Shown piece by piece: positions 1-11,334 of a DNA stretch of 64,000 nt. A model generated the notes under the pieces. That model did no database searches. It saw only the letters and a list, made by a program, of their open reading frames with translations, and was not told the DNA's origin. This stretch comes from Parasitella parasitica NRRL 2501 (Eukaryota; Fungi; Mucoromycota). The stretch spans positions 34,927-98,926 of the forward strand of contig MU619280.1 in the NCBI GenBank assembly GCA_025201805.1. The letters are read 5' to 3'. Made by a program: the position numbers and the translations under genes. The stretch's first letter is position 1. Each line of letters begins with the position of its first letter.

Positions 1-1070
1 TGAAAAATTTTAATTTTTGAGCGAGATAATGGCGAAAAACACTATGGTTTTTTACCCTTTTGAATGGCTCCATTTTGGCCCTGTAAGTCTAGGGACGAAA
101 AATCGTAGATTGAATCTGGTCGAGGTAAGAATTTGATTATTGGCAGAAATAATAAAGCTATAGTTGTGAACAAAATATTAATGTGTAGGTATTGACATGA
201 TGGTTTGTTTGGTCAAGTTTATAGAGCTGAAAGTGCTCAAATTATGTTTGCTTTTACTCAAAAACTATCAAAAAGTGCGTTTTGTGGATATTTGAAAATC
301 GGTAATAAGAAAAAAGTGTTTATATAGCCCTGTCATCTATACGGTTAGATGCAGAATTCATTTTTTATTATAAAACACTTAGTACACATATTCGATATAC
401 CTATTATGTTTTTGAGCTATCCAGCAATGAACTAATGCAAAAATTCTTCAATTCTGGTTTGGGTCAAATGAAAACACACCGCTGGGATTAAATTTACAGC
501 CTCTTTTCTCACTGTAAATGAGAACACCGCCTATTTTCAATTGAGGAGCAAAGGCTGATTCTATTAGGTAACTTTGGTATGTCTCAATATAAATCGATAG
601 CTAAGATATTGTATAATACGGGTTCAAAACCCATTTTTATATACCTTCATTTTTGAATGAAATAAATACCACTAAATCTAAAGCATCACCTTTTTCTCCG
701 CTAAAAGGCCCAAGTTGAAATCTCTGATATCTTTACAAACTATTAAGCGATAGAGACATAACCTTCAGCCAAAATCTTGTTTTTTTGCACCGTTCTTCGT
801 CATATCCGAGTTTTATGCACCTCTGACCGTTTTTCAGATTTTGCTATGTTTGGACCCCAAACCTCATATTCGATTTTCAAGTTTCAACTTTGGGTCAACC
901 TTCAGGGTCATTTTTAGGTACGAATTTGGGGTCCAAACCAGGTATACATCCTAGTACTAGTACAATAACTGTATCTCACTACGTCTTTGGATTCTCGATA
1001 TCTATCTTTGCTGTCGAGATATTCCCAAAGAACCAGATTTTGCAAATTTTGCAGATTTTACAGATACAGT
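1..1070. mobile_element. Possible non-coding DNA-transposon/MITE-like remnant (runs off window start)
   Basis: No credible ORF. Perfect 14-bp inverted repeat GTTTGGACCCCAAA (848-861)/TTTGGGGTCCAAAC (925-938) and short tandem ATTTTGCA-type repeats near 1037-1063. Ends not defined. Confidence 0.3.
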
Positions 1071-1579
1071 ATAATCAGCCAAAAGCTGCCATGTTTAGTG
1101 TAAGGAAGTATAATAATTGTGCCATACCATACGTGAATCATGTAGGCATACCACCAAACGTTTATACATTACTCGCTTACTTTACCTCTAACCCTCTATT
1201 TGGTGTAAGTTTGATATTACTATCCAAAGTAATCAGCAGAAGGAATCAGCGTTGCTGTGAAGCTTCACAATATGTTCCATACATCTAGGATATCTAACGG
1301 CTGAATCTATTGCTAATATTTAGTAACATAAGACGCACTATCCATTTTCAATGCCGTGTTATCAGAATTATCACTCTCTCTCTCTCTGAAAAAGATAATA
1401 CGCAGTGAATATTTTTTAGCTGCTGAAATTTTAACTCAATATTCTTCTTCTTGGTAGAAATTGTAGAATACTAATACGGCAATTGGCAGATTATTGTCTT
1501 TTCTTGTTAATATTGTGATATTTTGGCATGTTAAGATCCTATACAACACGATAATCTATCATAAACAATTGATGTATGT

Positions 1580-2400
1580 TTATTTTTTTATTTTTTTTTG
1601 TATGTGTGGTGACTTTATTAAATGATATTCAAAGACATGGTAGCTGTGTATAAGGTCTAAGTAGTAAGGGAAGGAGCAAGAGGTAGACGCAGAACAAAGG
1701 AAAACGACGAGGGATTAGCCCTGTTTAATTGCCTTGATGGCCCTAACAAGAGGCACTTGGTGAACCCAAGTGGCATTTGAGCATCCCAAAGTGCATTGAT
1801 AGTGGTATGTCTAAATAGTCGAAAAGACCTGACCCAAAAACAAGAGATGGTCATCCAAAAGGGGAAGACAATTGGGATCAAAAGTCAACCCCATCCAAAT
1901 GGCCTCAATATTGGGAAATGTCGCAGAGAAGTTGAAATGTTGAATCAGCTCAATCCATAAATATGTCTTGAATGGGCAGCCAACAACTAAGTGATACCGA
2001 TCCTCATATCCAGAGCAAAAGGGACAAGTAGGAGCAACGGTACGATTAAGAAGGTGTCTATAAGAATCGCATGCAATGGAATGATGTAGTAGACGCCACC
2101 AACGTTGTAGATCTTTACCAGCAAGATCTAGAGACCACAAAGCCTTCCAGAACGCCCGAAGGTACGGCAAGTACGACCGAATGTGAACAAGGGGAGGATG
2201 CGGCCAGGGACGACGTGGAGGAGGAGACTGCCAAGAGCGACGCAGGACACCGAGAGGGACAACGGACACAAGAAACTTCTTGGGACGACCAATATCGATA
2301 ACCCAGCCAGTTAGTTTTGGCAACCAAAGAGTTGCATAGTGGTGCAATACACCGGCAGAAGAGTTCCAGCTGACTGGTGATGTATGTTTATTACTGGATG
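1580..2400 (-). mobile_element. 5'-truncated L1-like non-LTR retrotransposon (LINE) 3' remnant with zf-RVT zinc finger
   Basis: ORF 1811-2347 reads W..LW.L.L...WWRLLH..I....CPFC...ED.YHL..GCP.K...W, the typical C-terminal zinc knuckle of L1-clade ORF2. In-frame stop at 1811 with similar sequence continuing. T-tracts at ~1580-1599 correspond to a poly(A) tail on the minus strand. No RT domain. Confidence 0.8.
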
Positions 2401-2842
2401 ACTCCTCACATTATATATGGAACTGGTCACTTCATAGCGAAGAACTAGCCCAACAGATTACCAAGCTCAATTTATGATGCCAGCGTATTATATGCATACA
2501 ATATAGTATCTGTGTAAAGATAGTAATATCATAATATGATGGTATCAGTTACTTAAAAGTCGCAAGTATAATGAATGTAGCGGCAGTGGTTTTTTTTTCT
2601 GTCAAAACGTCGTACTTGAGTAACTTTAAAACGAATTTTTAAATGTACCACCGTATAATCTCAAAGACAGCATCTATGAAGCATGTAGTAGACAAAATAG
2701 TAATACGCTTGAATTATTAATATTTTCAGCAGACAACCCTATTTTGTATGCCCGAGTCCAATACGCTTTACACTAGTTAAATTTCAGTTATATTTGTACG
2801 CAAACTCAAGTGTGGGTTTGCATGAATTTATTCAATAAAAAA

Positions 2843-3115
2843 TTACCCATATAATAAAGCATTGCCTATGGCTCCACCAACGTTTTTGCCAGCCTCAGCA
2901 GCAGCATCTTCTGTATCTTTTCTTGATCCACGAGTTTGAGGATTGATAACGCCTTCCACTGTGCTTTTTACGCCAACAACAACACCGTTTACACCAAGAG
3001 ACATGCCACGAAGAAGAGTATCATCTCTTTTTTTGTCTAAAATTGGTGCAGCAAAAACACATTGCATTATAGTGTTTACCGCAATAATTGCGAGTAATGA
3101 AACTGAAGAGCGCAT
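2843..3115 (-). CDS. Small secreted protein A (90 aa; signal peptide, KR site, GxxxGxxxG motif)
   Basis: ATG at 3115 gives MRSSVSLLAIIAVNTIMQCVFA|APILDKKR...; intronless; clear paralog of 3537-3809. Confidence 0.75.
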   Translation of the reverse strand: MRSSVSLLAIIAVNTIMQCVFAAPILDKKRDDTLLRGMSLGVNGVVVGVKSTVEGVINPQTRGSRKDTEDAAAEAGKNVGGAIGNALLYG

Positions 3116-3536
3116 TTTGAGGTCTGGCCTAATGGAAAAAAAGAAGCTGAAGAGAGATAAACGCACAACTTGGCATGTCGATGCAGAAACAAATACTTTG
3201 ACTCCTGAATATGTGTTTAAAAAGCCCATTCTCTTTTTCGTCACTGTATGAGGGCATGCATAGCCAATACATTGTTGTTAATTTGGTACTCTTATAATCA
3301 ACAAACAGTGGAAATGTACAAGCTTATCATTTCACGCAAATATTTATGATGATCATATTTGTGTAATCGCTGTATTTGTTATTTTTCAAAGTTTTAACTT
3401 TGAATCGTGAATCATGCATGTGTATTATCACCAAAGTGGGTACTCGATGTTTAGAAACCAATTTTATTGATATTTTTGACAAAGTGCAGTAGACCTTAGG
3501 CATGAACAAACAGACATGCTTGAAAGACTTTCGAAT

Positions 3537-3809
3537 TTAGAGGATTCCTTTCAATGTGCTTCCGACTGAATCACCGATGTTTGATCCAGCAACATGGCCG
3601 CCCTTTTGGCCTTCAGTTTTACTACCAATAGATTGAGGCTTTACAACCCCACCAACCAGACTTTTGACTGTAGAGGAAGCCGTTCCAAGTGTGACATCCA
3701 AAGTGTTGTCCAAACCTGCTTTACCTGTGGGAAGAGCAACACTACCTGACATAAAACTAGCGACGGCAAGAAATGTAGCAGCAATAAAAAGTGAAACTGA
3801 TTGACGCAT
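3537..3809 (-). CDS. Small secreted protein B (90 aa; signal peptide, GxxxGxxxG motif)
   Basis: MRQSVSLFIAATFLAVASFMSGSVA|LPT...; shares VKS.V.GV..PQ..GS and AG.N.G...G..L with 2843-3115. Confidence 0.75.
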   Translation of the reverse strand: MRQSVSLFIAATFLAVASFMSGSVALPTGKAGLDNTLDVTLGTASSTVKSLVGGVVKPQSIGSKTEGQKGGHVAGSNIGDSVGSTLKGIL

Positions 3810-4873
3810 CTATTACTATGTAATATAAAATTTAATAAAAAGATTTAACATAATAAATACGCTTACAATATTAGACACGCTGAGCAAATAGAATTGTTTG
3901 ATCTGTCAAAAACATAAAACCACTCATTCTTTTATACTTGTGGAATAAAGCCCCTTTTTCAAAGTTCGTTCTTTTATAATGAACATGAATGATACAATAG
4001 TATGCTCTTGAACTCGTATGGAGACATTGCATGATTACTGAGATAAATACATTTACCACGACCTAATGGGGTATGCGGTCCAAGTAAAATTTAATAGCTG
4101 TATTCAAATTACACGACACCTTATCAAGCAATTGTTATTAGAGGCCATATCCAATTCTGTACCCCTTTCTCTTTTGCAGAAACTAATTTACAGGATAGTT
4201 TTTTTTTCTAACAATCAACGTCATTTGCCAAATTTCGGCGCATTCAGGAACAGTGTTAAGGAAAATGGACTTCAAATAGAAACTTTCATTTGGTTTACAA
4301 TATATATAATCACCTTGACTTACTTTGACGATTTTTATTAGTGCTGCCAACAGAATATTTTGCATCATTCTATGTCACACATCTGCCACATGAATCATGC
4401 AACTTATTAGCAGATATCATGTATATTGAAAGCACCTGATCTAGAAAGCAATGTATTGTTGCTAGTTCATTTTGTAATATGCTATATGTATTCAATACAA
4501 TATTTCAAATGAGCAGAAGAGACAGAAGGGCCTCCTTTCAGTATGTAATATAAACTAATTATCAAAGATACATAAAATGACGAGTAACCTCCAGCGTTTA
4601 CTTGGATCATACCCGTTCAATTGTGAACTGTGCTCAAATTCTGCACATTTCGATACTACTGGGTAAGTGTCGCTTGGGATGCCAGACTAAACCCTTCACT
4701 AAGAAAGGTTTTACTTTTGATATTAATGCCATTTGTATTGAAACTTTCAGTTTAATCGTCGATCAAAAAGCTCCATGTTTCTGATTTCTTTTACGCCATG
4801 CACAAAAAAAAAGAGAGTACGGCTGATCTATGTGATTCTTTTCTCTTCATTTGTAATGTATATATTTATATAA

Positions 4874-5472
4874 ATGGCAACTATTACAAATGACCCTCCA
4901 CAATACTCGTCATCGCCACCCCCATCGTACAGTTGCACGGTCTATAAACAAGGTGCTGTGAGATTAAAAAAAGAAATTGGCATTGGTGGCACAGTGGAAA
5001 GCAACAGATCATGGAGGTAAATTGCAAGAAAAGAGGCCTTTTGTAGTAGAACTAAATTGTATCATGTAGAACTGTTTATTTTTGTCTCAGAGGCACTATC
5101 TTACATATTTACAAAAAAGAGAATAGCAAATGCCCGATTGACTACATTTCGATGCTCAAAGTTAATTGCGGTATAGCTACAGACTATAAAAAAGACAATG
5201 TGCTTCGGCTTCGACTGGGAACCACAAAGGAGCAGTATTTGATTATGCCATTGGGCCCTTTGCCAGAGACTATTTCTTGGTTTGAGCATTTGCAGTCATC
5301 GGCAAACATAAGCACTGATATCGACAAGCGACGCATGCCTAGAATATTGACTTTATCTCGAGGCAATAGTCAACTACAAGAGCACCTAAATCATACTAGA
5401 ACAATCACCTTGATTGTAGGGAAGACTCAAGCTGTTGTTCCTGTCTTGCAATGTCAGTTGAGAACCATTTAA
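4874..5472 (+). CDS. PH-domain protein (YHR131C/YNL144C-like family), 2 exons
   Basis: Exon 1 MATITNDPPQYSSSPPPSYSCTVYKQGAVRLKKE...NRSWR, GT-AG intron ~5017-5069, then YFCLRGTILHIY...GIATDYKKDNVLRLR...WFEHLQSSANISTDIDKRRMP. Confidence 0.7.
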
Positions 5473-5783
5473 ACGAATAAAATAGTGAGATTTGCAACAT
5501 GACGCTTTAGAATCTACCTGCAAACCAAGCTCGAGCAGGAGGATTTCATATGTACTTACATTCATGGCTCAGTTCTAAGGGTTAATACTGACTTTCAACA
5601 GAGCCCTTAGTCTTCGTCTCTCTGTGACTTATTGAGGCAGTACGTGTTCCCTTTCTTTGAGTTGTGTCGCCCCCCCCCCCCTTTCTTCGAAAATCAATCT
5701 AGCAGTTTCCAAACTCAAAAGCAAATTTTTTCCATTTGAAATCACCTTTCTTTTTAACCCCTTTTTCAATAATATAATATAAA

Positions 5784-7578
5784 ATGGCGCAAGTAGCAAA
5801 ACCAACAACCGGTGGTGGTGTAAATGGTGGAAAGTTCCAAGACAAAGACAAGCCCATGGAGGTGCGTATGTCGAACATCACTGCTGCAAAAGGTATGTCA
5901 ACACGTTAAATGTAATTTTCGCGTTCTAAATCATGTCATGTACACACACACACACATCCACACAGCTGTTGGCGACGCGATCCGTACGTCGTTAGGTCCC
6001 AGAGGCATGGACAAAATGGTAAAATGCCAACAGCATGATCAGAACTGCTCGTTTAACCTTTGATGCGCTTTGTTTAGATTCAAACTGGTAGCGGTGAAGT
6101 CGTGATCACCAACGACGGTGCTACTATTCTCAAACATATGGCTGTTCTTCACCCTGCAGCCAAGATGGTAAATACCCCATCGTCAAGCAGCAAAATATCC
6201 GAGAATTAACTCTTGTTTGCAATAGCTTGTCGATTTATCCGCTGCACAAGATGTCGAAGCAGGTGATGGCACTACATCTGTTGTAGTTTTGTGTAGCTCT
6301 CTATTATCAGCTGCTGAAAAGATGTTGACTAAGGGCATTCATCCTACTACTATTGCCGAGTCCTTCCAGAAAGCAGCAACCAAATCAGTCGAGTATTTGA
6401 CCGAGATGGCCACTCCTGTTGATCTGAGTGATCGCGAATCACTGTTGAGAGCCGCCTCCACTTCTCTCAATTCAAAGATTGTCTCTCAGTACTCTTCTCT
6501 ACTGGCTCCCATTGCTGTTGACGCCGTTATCCGTGTTATCGACCCTGCTATTACAAATAACGTCAACTTGAATGATATTCGTGTAGTAAAGAAGGTTGGT
6601 GGCACCATCGACGATACCGAGCTGGTTGATGGACTTGTATTGAATCAAACTGTCGTCCGCTCTGCTGGTGGTGTTAATCGTATGGAGAAGGCCAAGATTG
6701 GTCTCATTCAATTCCAGCTTTCTCCTCCCAAGCCTGACATGGAAAATCAGATTGTTGTAAACGATTACAGGCAAATGGATAAGATCCTCAAGGAAGAGCG
6801 TCAATACCTCTTGAACATGTGCAAAAAGATCAAAAAGTCAGGCTGTAACGTTCTTTTGATCCAAAAGTCTATTTTACGCGATGCTGTTAATGACTTAGCT
6901 CTCCACTTTTTGGCTAAATTGAAGATTATGGTTGTAAAGGATATCGAGCGCGATGAAGTCGAGTTTATTGCGAAATCCCTTGGCTGCAAGCCTGTTGCAG
7001 ACGTCGAATCTTTCACTGACGATAAACTAGGGTATGCTGATTTGATCGAGGAGTCAGAGAATGCTGGAGCTCGAATTGTCAAAGTTACTGGCATGAAGCA
7101 TGCTGGCAAGACAGTCTCCGTCATTTGCCGTGGTGCCAATTCTCTTGTTCTCGAAGAATCACATCGTTCTCTTCATGATGCCCTTTGTGTCGTTCGTTGT
7201 TTGGTGAAGAAGCAGTTTTTGATCGCCGGTGGTGGTGCTCCTGAAATTGAAATCTCTCAGAAATTAATGGACCATGCAAAGACTTTGTCTGGTATGGAGC
7301 AGTACTGTTTCCAAGCATTCGCCGAAGCTCTTGAAATCATCCCCACCACCTTGGCTGAAAATGCAGGTCTGAATCCTATTGCTATTGTCACTGAATTAAG
7401 AAACAAGCACGCTCTTGGTGAAAAAACTGCTGGTATCAACGTCAAAAAGGGCACCATCACAAACATCTTGGATGAAAATGTCATTCAACCTTTATTAGTC
7501 ACCTCCAGTGCTCTTGAATTATCTGCTGAAACTGTTAAAATGATTATGAAGATTGACGATTTAGTTCAAAGTCGATAA
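5784..7578 (+). CDS. CCT4: T-complex protein 1 subunit delta (chaperonin CCT4), multi-exon
   Basis: [57 protein letters not shown], ending KIDDLVQSR. Confidence 0.97.
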
Positions 7579-7734
7579 ATGCATTCACATATTTAGATCA
7601 ACACGTTTATTATCCTTCCCTCCACCTTTCCCGCATTCCTTGATTTTTTATACTATATATATACTCACAAATGGAACTTTTTCATCGAAAATGAATAAAA
7701 AAAAACCAAGGATTTGTAAAAGTATTTTAATTTC

Positions 7735-9376
7735 TCAAGACAACAAATCATCAAAAGGAGAAGAGGTTTTAGTTACAGGCGTGGAAGGCTTTGATTGATT
7801 GTTGCTGGCCCAATCATTCCAACCAGTTTGTACGCTGGTATTCTTTAATGCGTTCATAGAGGGTCCAGTAGCTTGTGAGGTTTTGCTACTTGTTTTACCC
7901 AAAGAGTCCAAAGAAACAAAATTAGATGCTTGAGCCCACATACCAGTAGGTGTGCTAGTTTCAGGTTTTTTTTCTTCTTGAGTGGGTTGTTGTTGCTTCG
8001 GTTGTTGCTGGGATATTGGTGCCATAGGCGAGTCGAATATACGGAGAGATTGTTGCTGTAGAGTGCCAGCTGAAGGTGTCGCTGGTGTGTTGTTTGAACT
8101 ATCTCCTAGTAAATCGAACAAATCCTGCGGTTGTGATGACTTGAGTGCGGTTTGAGCAGGTACCTCAGCAACAGCATGTTGAAAATCAGCAAAGTCATCG
8201 TCTAGGATATTAGCAGCTGCTGGCTTTGTTTCTTGTGTAGGTGCAGGTTCTCCCCAGGTGAATTCTCCCCAATCATCATCATCATTAGATTGCTTAGTAT
8301 CAAAGTCGTCATTAGGGGCTTTCTTGGAGTTGGACGCAAAGGAATCCTGGTTGCTGTCACTGTGATATCCGCCTTGACTAGGGTATTCTTGATCATCTTC
8401 GTCATAACGGCCACTTTGATGAGGATAGGGGGTTTCCTCGCCAAAACTCAAAGCGTCGCCGTTAAAACTAAGACCGCCCCCACCCGAATAAGAATCACTG
8501 CCAAAGCCTAGATATCTCGATCCACCATGGCCAGATGATGATCCACCCAAGCCCATAGTTCGCATCATGCCAGAAGAATCAGACCCTATACCTACGTATT
8601 TGTTTCTATTCTTTTTAGCCAATTTACGCTCAGATCTGATCAATTCCGTATCCCCTAGTAACTCTACAATTTCTTTTGCTCGATTTCGGACTAGACGAAC
8701 ATCGTTATTAGGTCTCGTATCCCCTTTCCAAGCGCTACTACTTTACCGTTCAGTCCTTCATCTTTGCCTTTATCATCAATGTAATAAAAGTTTCGCATCA
8801 CTTTTATCGTGGATACATGCGAACGAGCGTCATCCACTACACGTTCTGAACCATTTTTTATGAGATACTCCAGCAAGACCAACGCCTGAGATAAGGATAT
8901 TCAATGTGAGCACAATTACAAACACATAAGCGCACACAAACCTTATATATTTGGCGCCACTGCTTGGGTTCCTTCTCGGTAAATCTTCTATATACGGTGG
9001 GCATAATTTCATTAAAATATTGGCTAAATGACTATGTGTTCAATAAGAAGACATTTGACATGTGCATAGCAGTATATTTACTAGTTGTAAGTGCCTTGTG
9101 CAATTTCTTGCATAAGTGTACTGGAGGCGCCCCAAGGATCACTGCTAGTAGCTTCATGAACCTTGCTCTCCATTTCTGTGTAATTCAACACGACATTCTT
9201 TCTAATTTCATGTTGGATATTCATCCGTGATTTCGATATTAAAACTTACAGCTTGTTAACCACGTCCTAGAGAAGATGGGCGGATGAGTTGACAAAGCAG
9301 TTGCATATCTACGGTTCAAATTAGCTACCTTGACTTCCCAGACATCAGGAATTTGGAAATTGGTTAGATTATTCAT
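7735..9376 (-). CDS. ENT3: ENTH-domain epsin-like clathrin adaptor (Ent3/epsinR type), multi-exon
   Basis: Spliced ENTH domain: NVVLNYTEMESKVHEATSSDPWGASSTLMQEIAQGT, WRQIYK|ALVLLEYLIKNGSERVVDDAR. Tail carries DDDWGEF, DDDFADF and DLFDLL adaptor/clathrin motifs. Confidence 0.88.
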
Positions 9377-9718
9377 TGGGTAGTTTAATAGAAAGCAAGT
9401 TGTTGTTTCTATAATAATAAAAAAGAAAGGAAAAATAGAAGCTTTGTGCGGATTACAAATTAAAATCCTGTTGCCTTTGTCGTCTATGCTTGTGACATCA
9501 GCGAAGCAAATGAGAATGTATGCACTGATACAGGTAATGTTACAACTGCTGAAATCAGATATAGGCATAATTGGATGCTTTGTGTGTTGTGTAGAGTTTA
9601 GGGACCAGTCATGATTAAATTTGCTATTCTAAACAGTATTCACTTGTAGCAAATACTTGTGTTAATTACTAAAAGTTTATTGAATGTTCTCTTTGTTTTC
9701 TCAAATGCATATTACATA

Positions 9719-10195
9719 TCACAGGGGTTTCTTTAGAATGACAAACCGAGTGTCGATCGTCAGACTTTCTGGCTAGTAGTAGGGCATTCTTTCTCCTGAG
9801 TTAGTAAAACCATATTATGCGTAGAAAGCTAAAACATCAGTTCTATTCTCAAAGACCTTCAAATAAGCTGTACGGTATCCGAGTTTCTTTACCTCTTGCC
9901 ACCAATACCTCGAGATTGATGATTAATACTGACGCAATATAAAGCAATTTCAGCCTCTCCAGCATGTTCCAATGACGGCTGCAGCACAGCTGTGCCGACA
10001 ACTTGATCTCCTTCAAATGCAAATAACAAATTATTTGGGTTTCCAGAGTTAAGGATCAGCTTCTCCACATCTTCTACAGACACATGAGGTTGTCTTACAA
10101 ACTCTTTTTCAAACGTCCAACCTCCTATAATTATCAAAGTATAAGAAAACATGTTTTATACGTATTTATAAATAACATTACCTTTGATATAAATT
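9719..10195 (-). pseudogene. GNAT-family N-acetyltransferase pseudogene
   Basis: GGWT.E...LLFAFEGDQVVGTA...VSINHQSRGIGGK acetyl-CoA motif, followed by an apparent deletion/frameshift. The continuation KKLGYRTAYLKVFENRTDVLAFYA*YGFTNSGERMPYY*PESL..KKPL* has two in-frame stops. First exon largely missing. Confidence 0.8.
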
Positions 10196-11334
10196 TTTGA
10201 TGTGTTAATTAGTAATTACATGGAAGCAATATTATTGGGCCCAAATATAACTAAACATTTATCAAAGAAAAGTATCCCAAATGCAATTAACGGCCAACGT
10301 CGCGCTTTATTAGTTTAAATTTGCAATAAATGCAGCACAGTAAGAGACAAAGTGCTATGCTTTTTATAGTTAATATGAAATCTATGCTGAGTTAGTTGAG
10401 TGCCACCTTCTTTTACTGTTCATGCATTAGCTATGACTGTGCGCAAATATATACGGTACATATTAAATACATGCATATGAAAACTGATAAAGAATTACAT
10501 GAAATTCAATATGTGATGTTTTGTATTTATAGCAAAAATGCTCCTCCTAGGAAAAAAATTAAATTTGTTTAATGTGCAAAAGGGTGAGTCGTCGTGCCAA
10601 GTATCCTTGGATATTGGAGCACATTGGGAATGGCTACTAATTTTAGTAGCACTTTCCTTTTTATTTGTTCCCTTGTACGTTACACTGTAATATTATCGTG
10701 AAACTTATGGAGACTGAAACCACTCTGTACTTTGAAATGTACTCCACATGACGCTTTACAACTTCACAGTGCTAAAAACTGGTAATACAAAGTTAACGCT
10801 TATTTTGTATGCAACATGTAAAAGGTCAAATGCCACCAATGGATATTATTCAACTTGCATATCCTTTAAAACTAGTTGTTCGATCCATGTATACATAAAT
10901 ACATTATTGTAACTATTGACGGATATTTATAATACGCCATATCTATTGATTTTCAACAATTACGCGGTTGATCCAAGTACCCAAATAGTAGGACATTGTG
11001 GTACACAATTCATATTTTGGCTGGTGAAAATACTCTATGCCAATGCAGACATCGCCAGGGATGGTAATATAAAACATTTTTCTTTAATCAAAACATCTAA
11101 AAACAAGCACAATGCATGAAATCATAAAGTTCCAACCTGTCTGAATTTGGTATATATCTATGAGGGCTTTCATATGTTGAGTGCCTGAGGTCTCACAACG
11201 ATACTCAAATTAATTGCAGTTGCACACAATTAGATTCTTGATGATATATACACCCGCTCTTGATTTTAAAGAACAATCAGTTGTATTGTTTCTTCGCTTT
11301 TCTTTTTCTACTTTACATAATTTGTATTTAAAAG

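Noticed and set aside
2071-2301. Acidic 76-aa plus-strand ORF
   Set aside because: Antisense shadow of the LINE remnant
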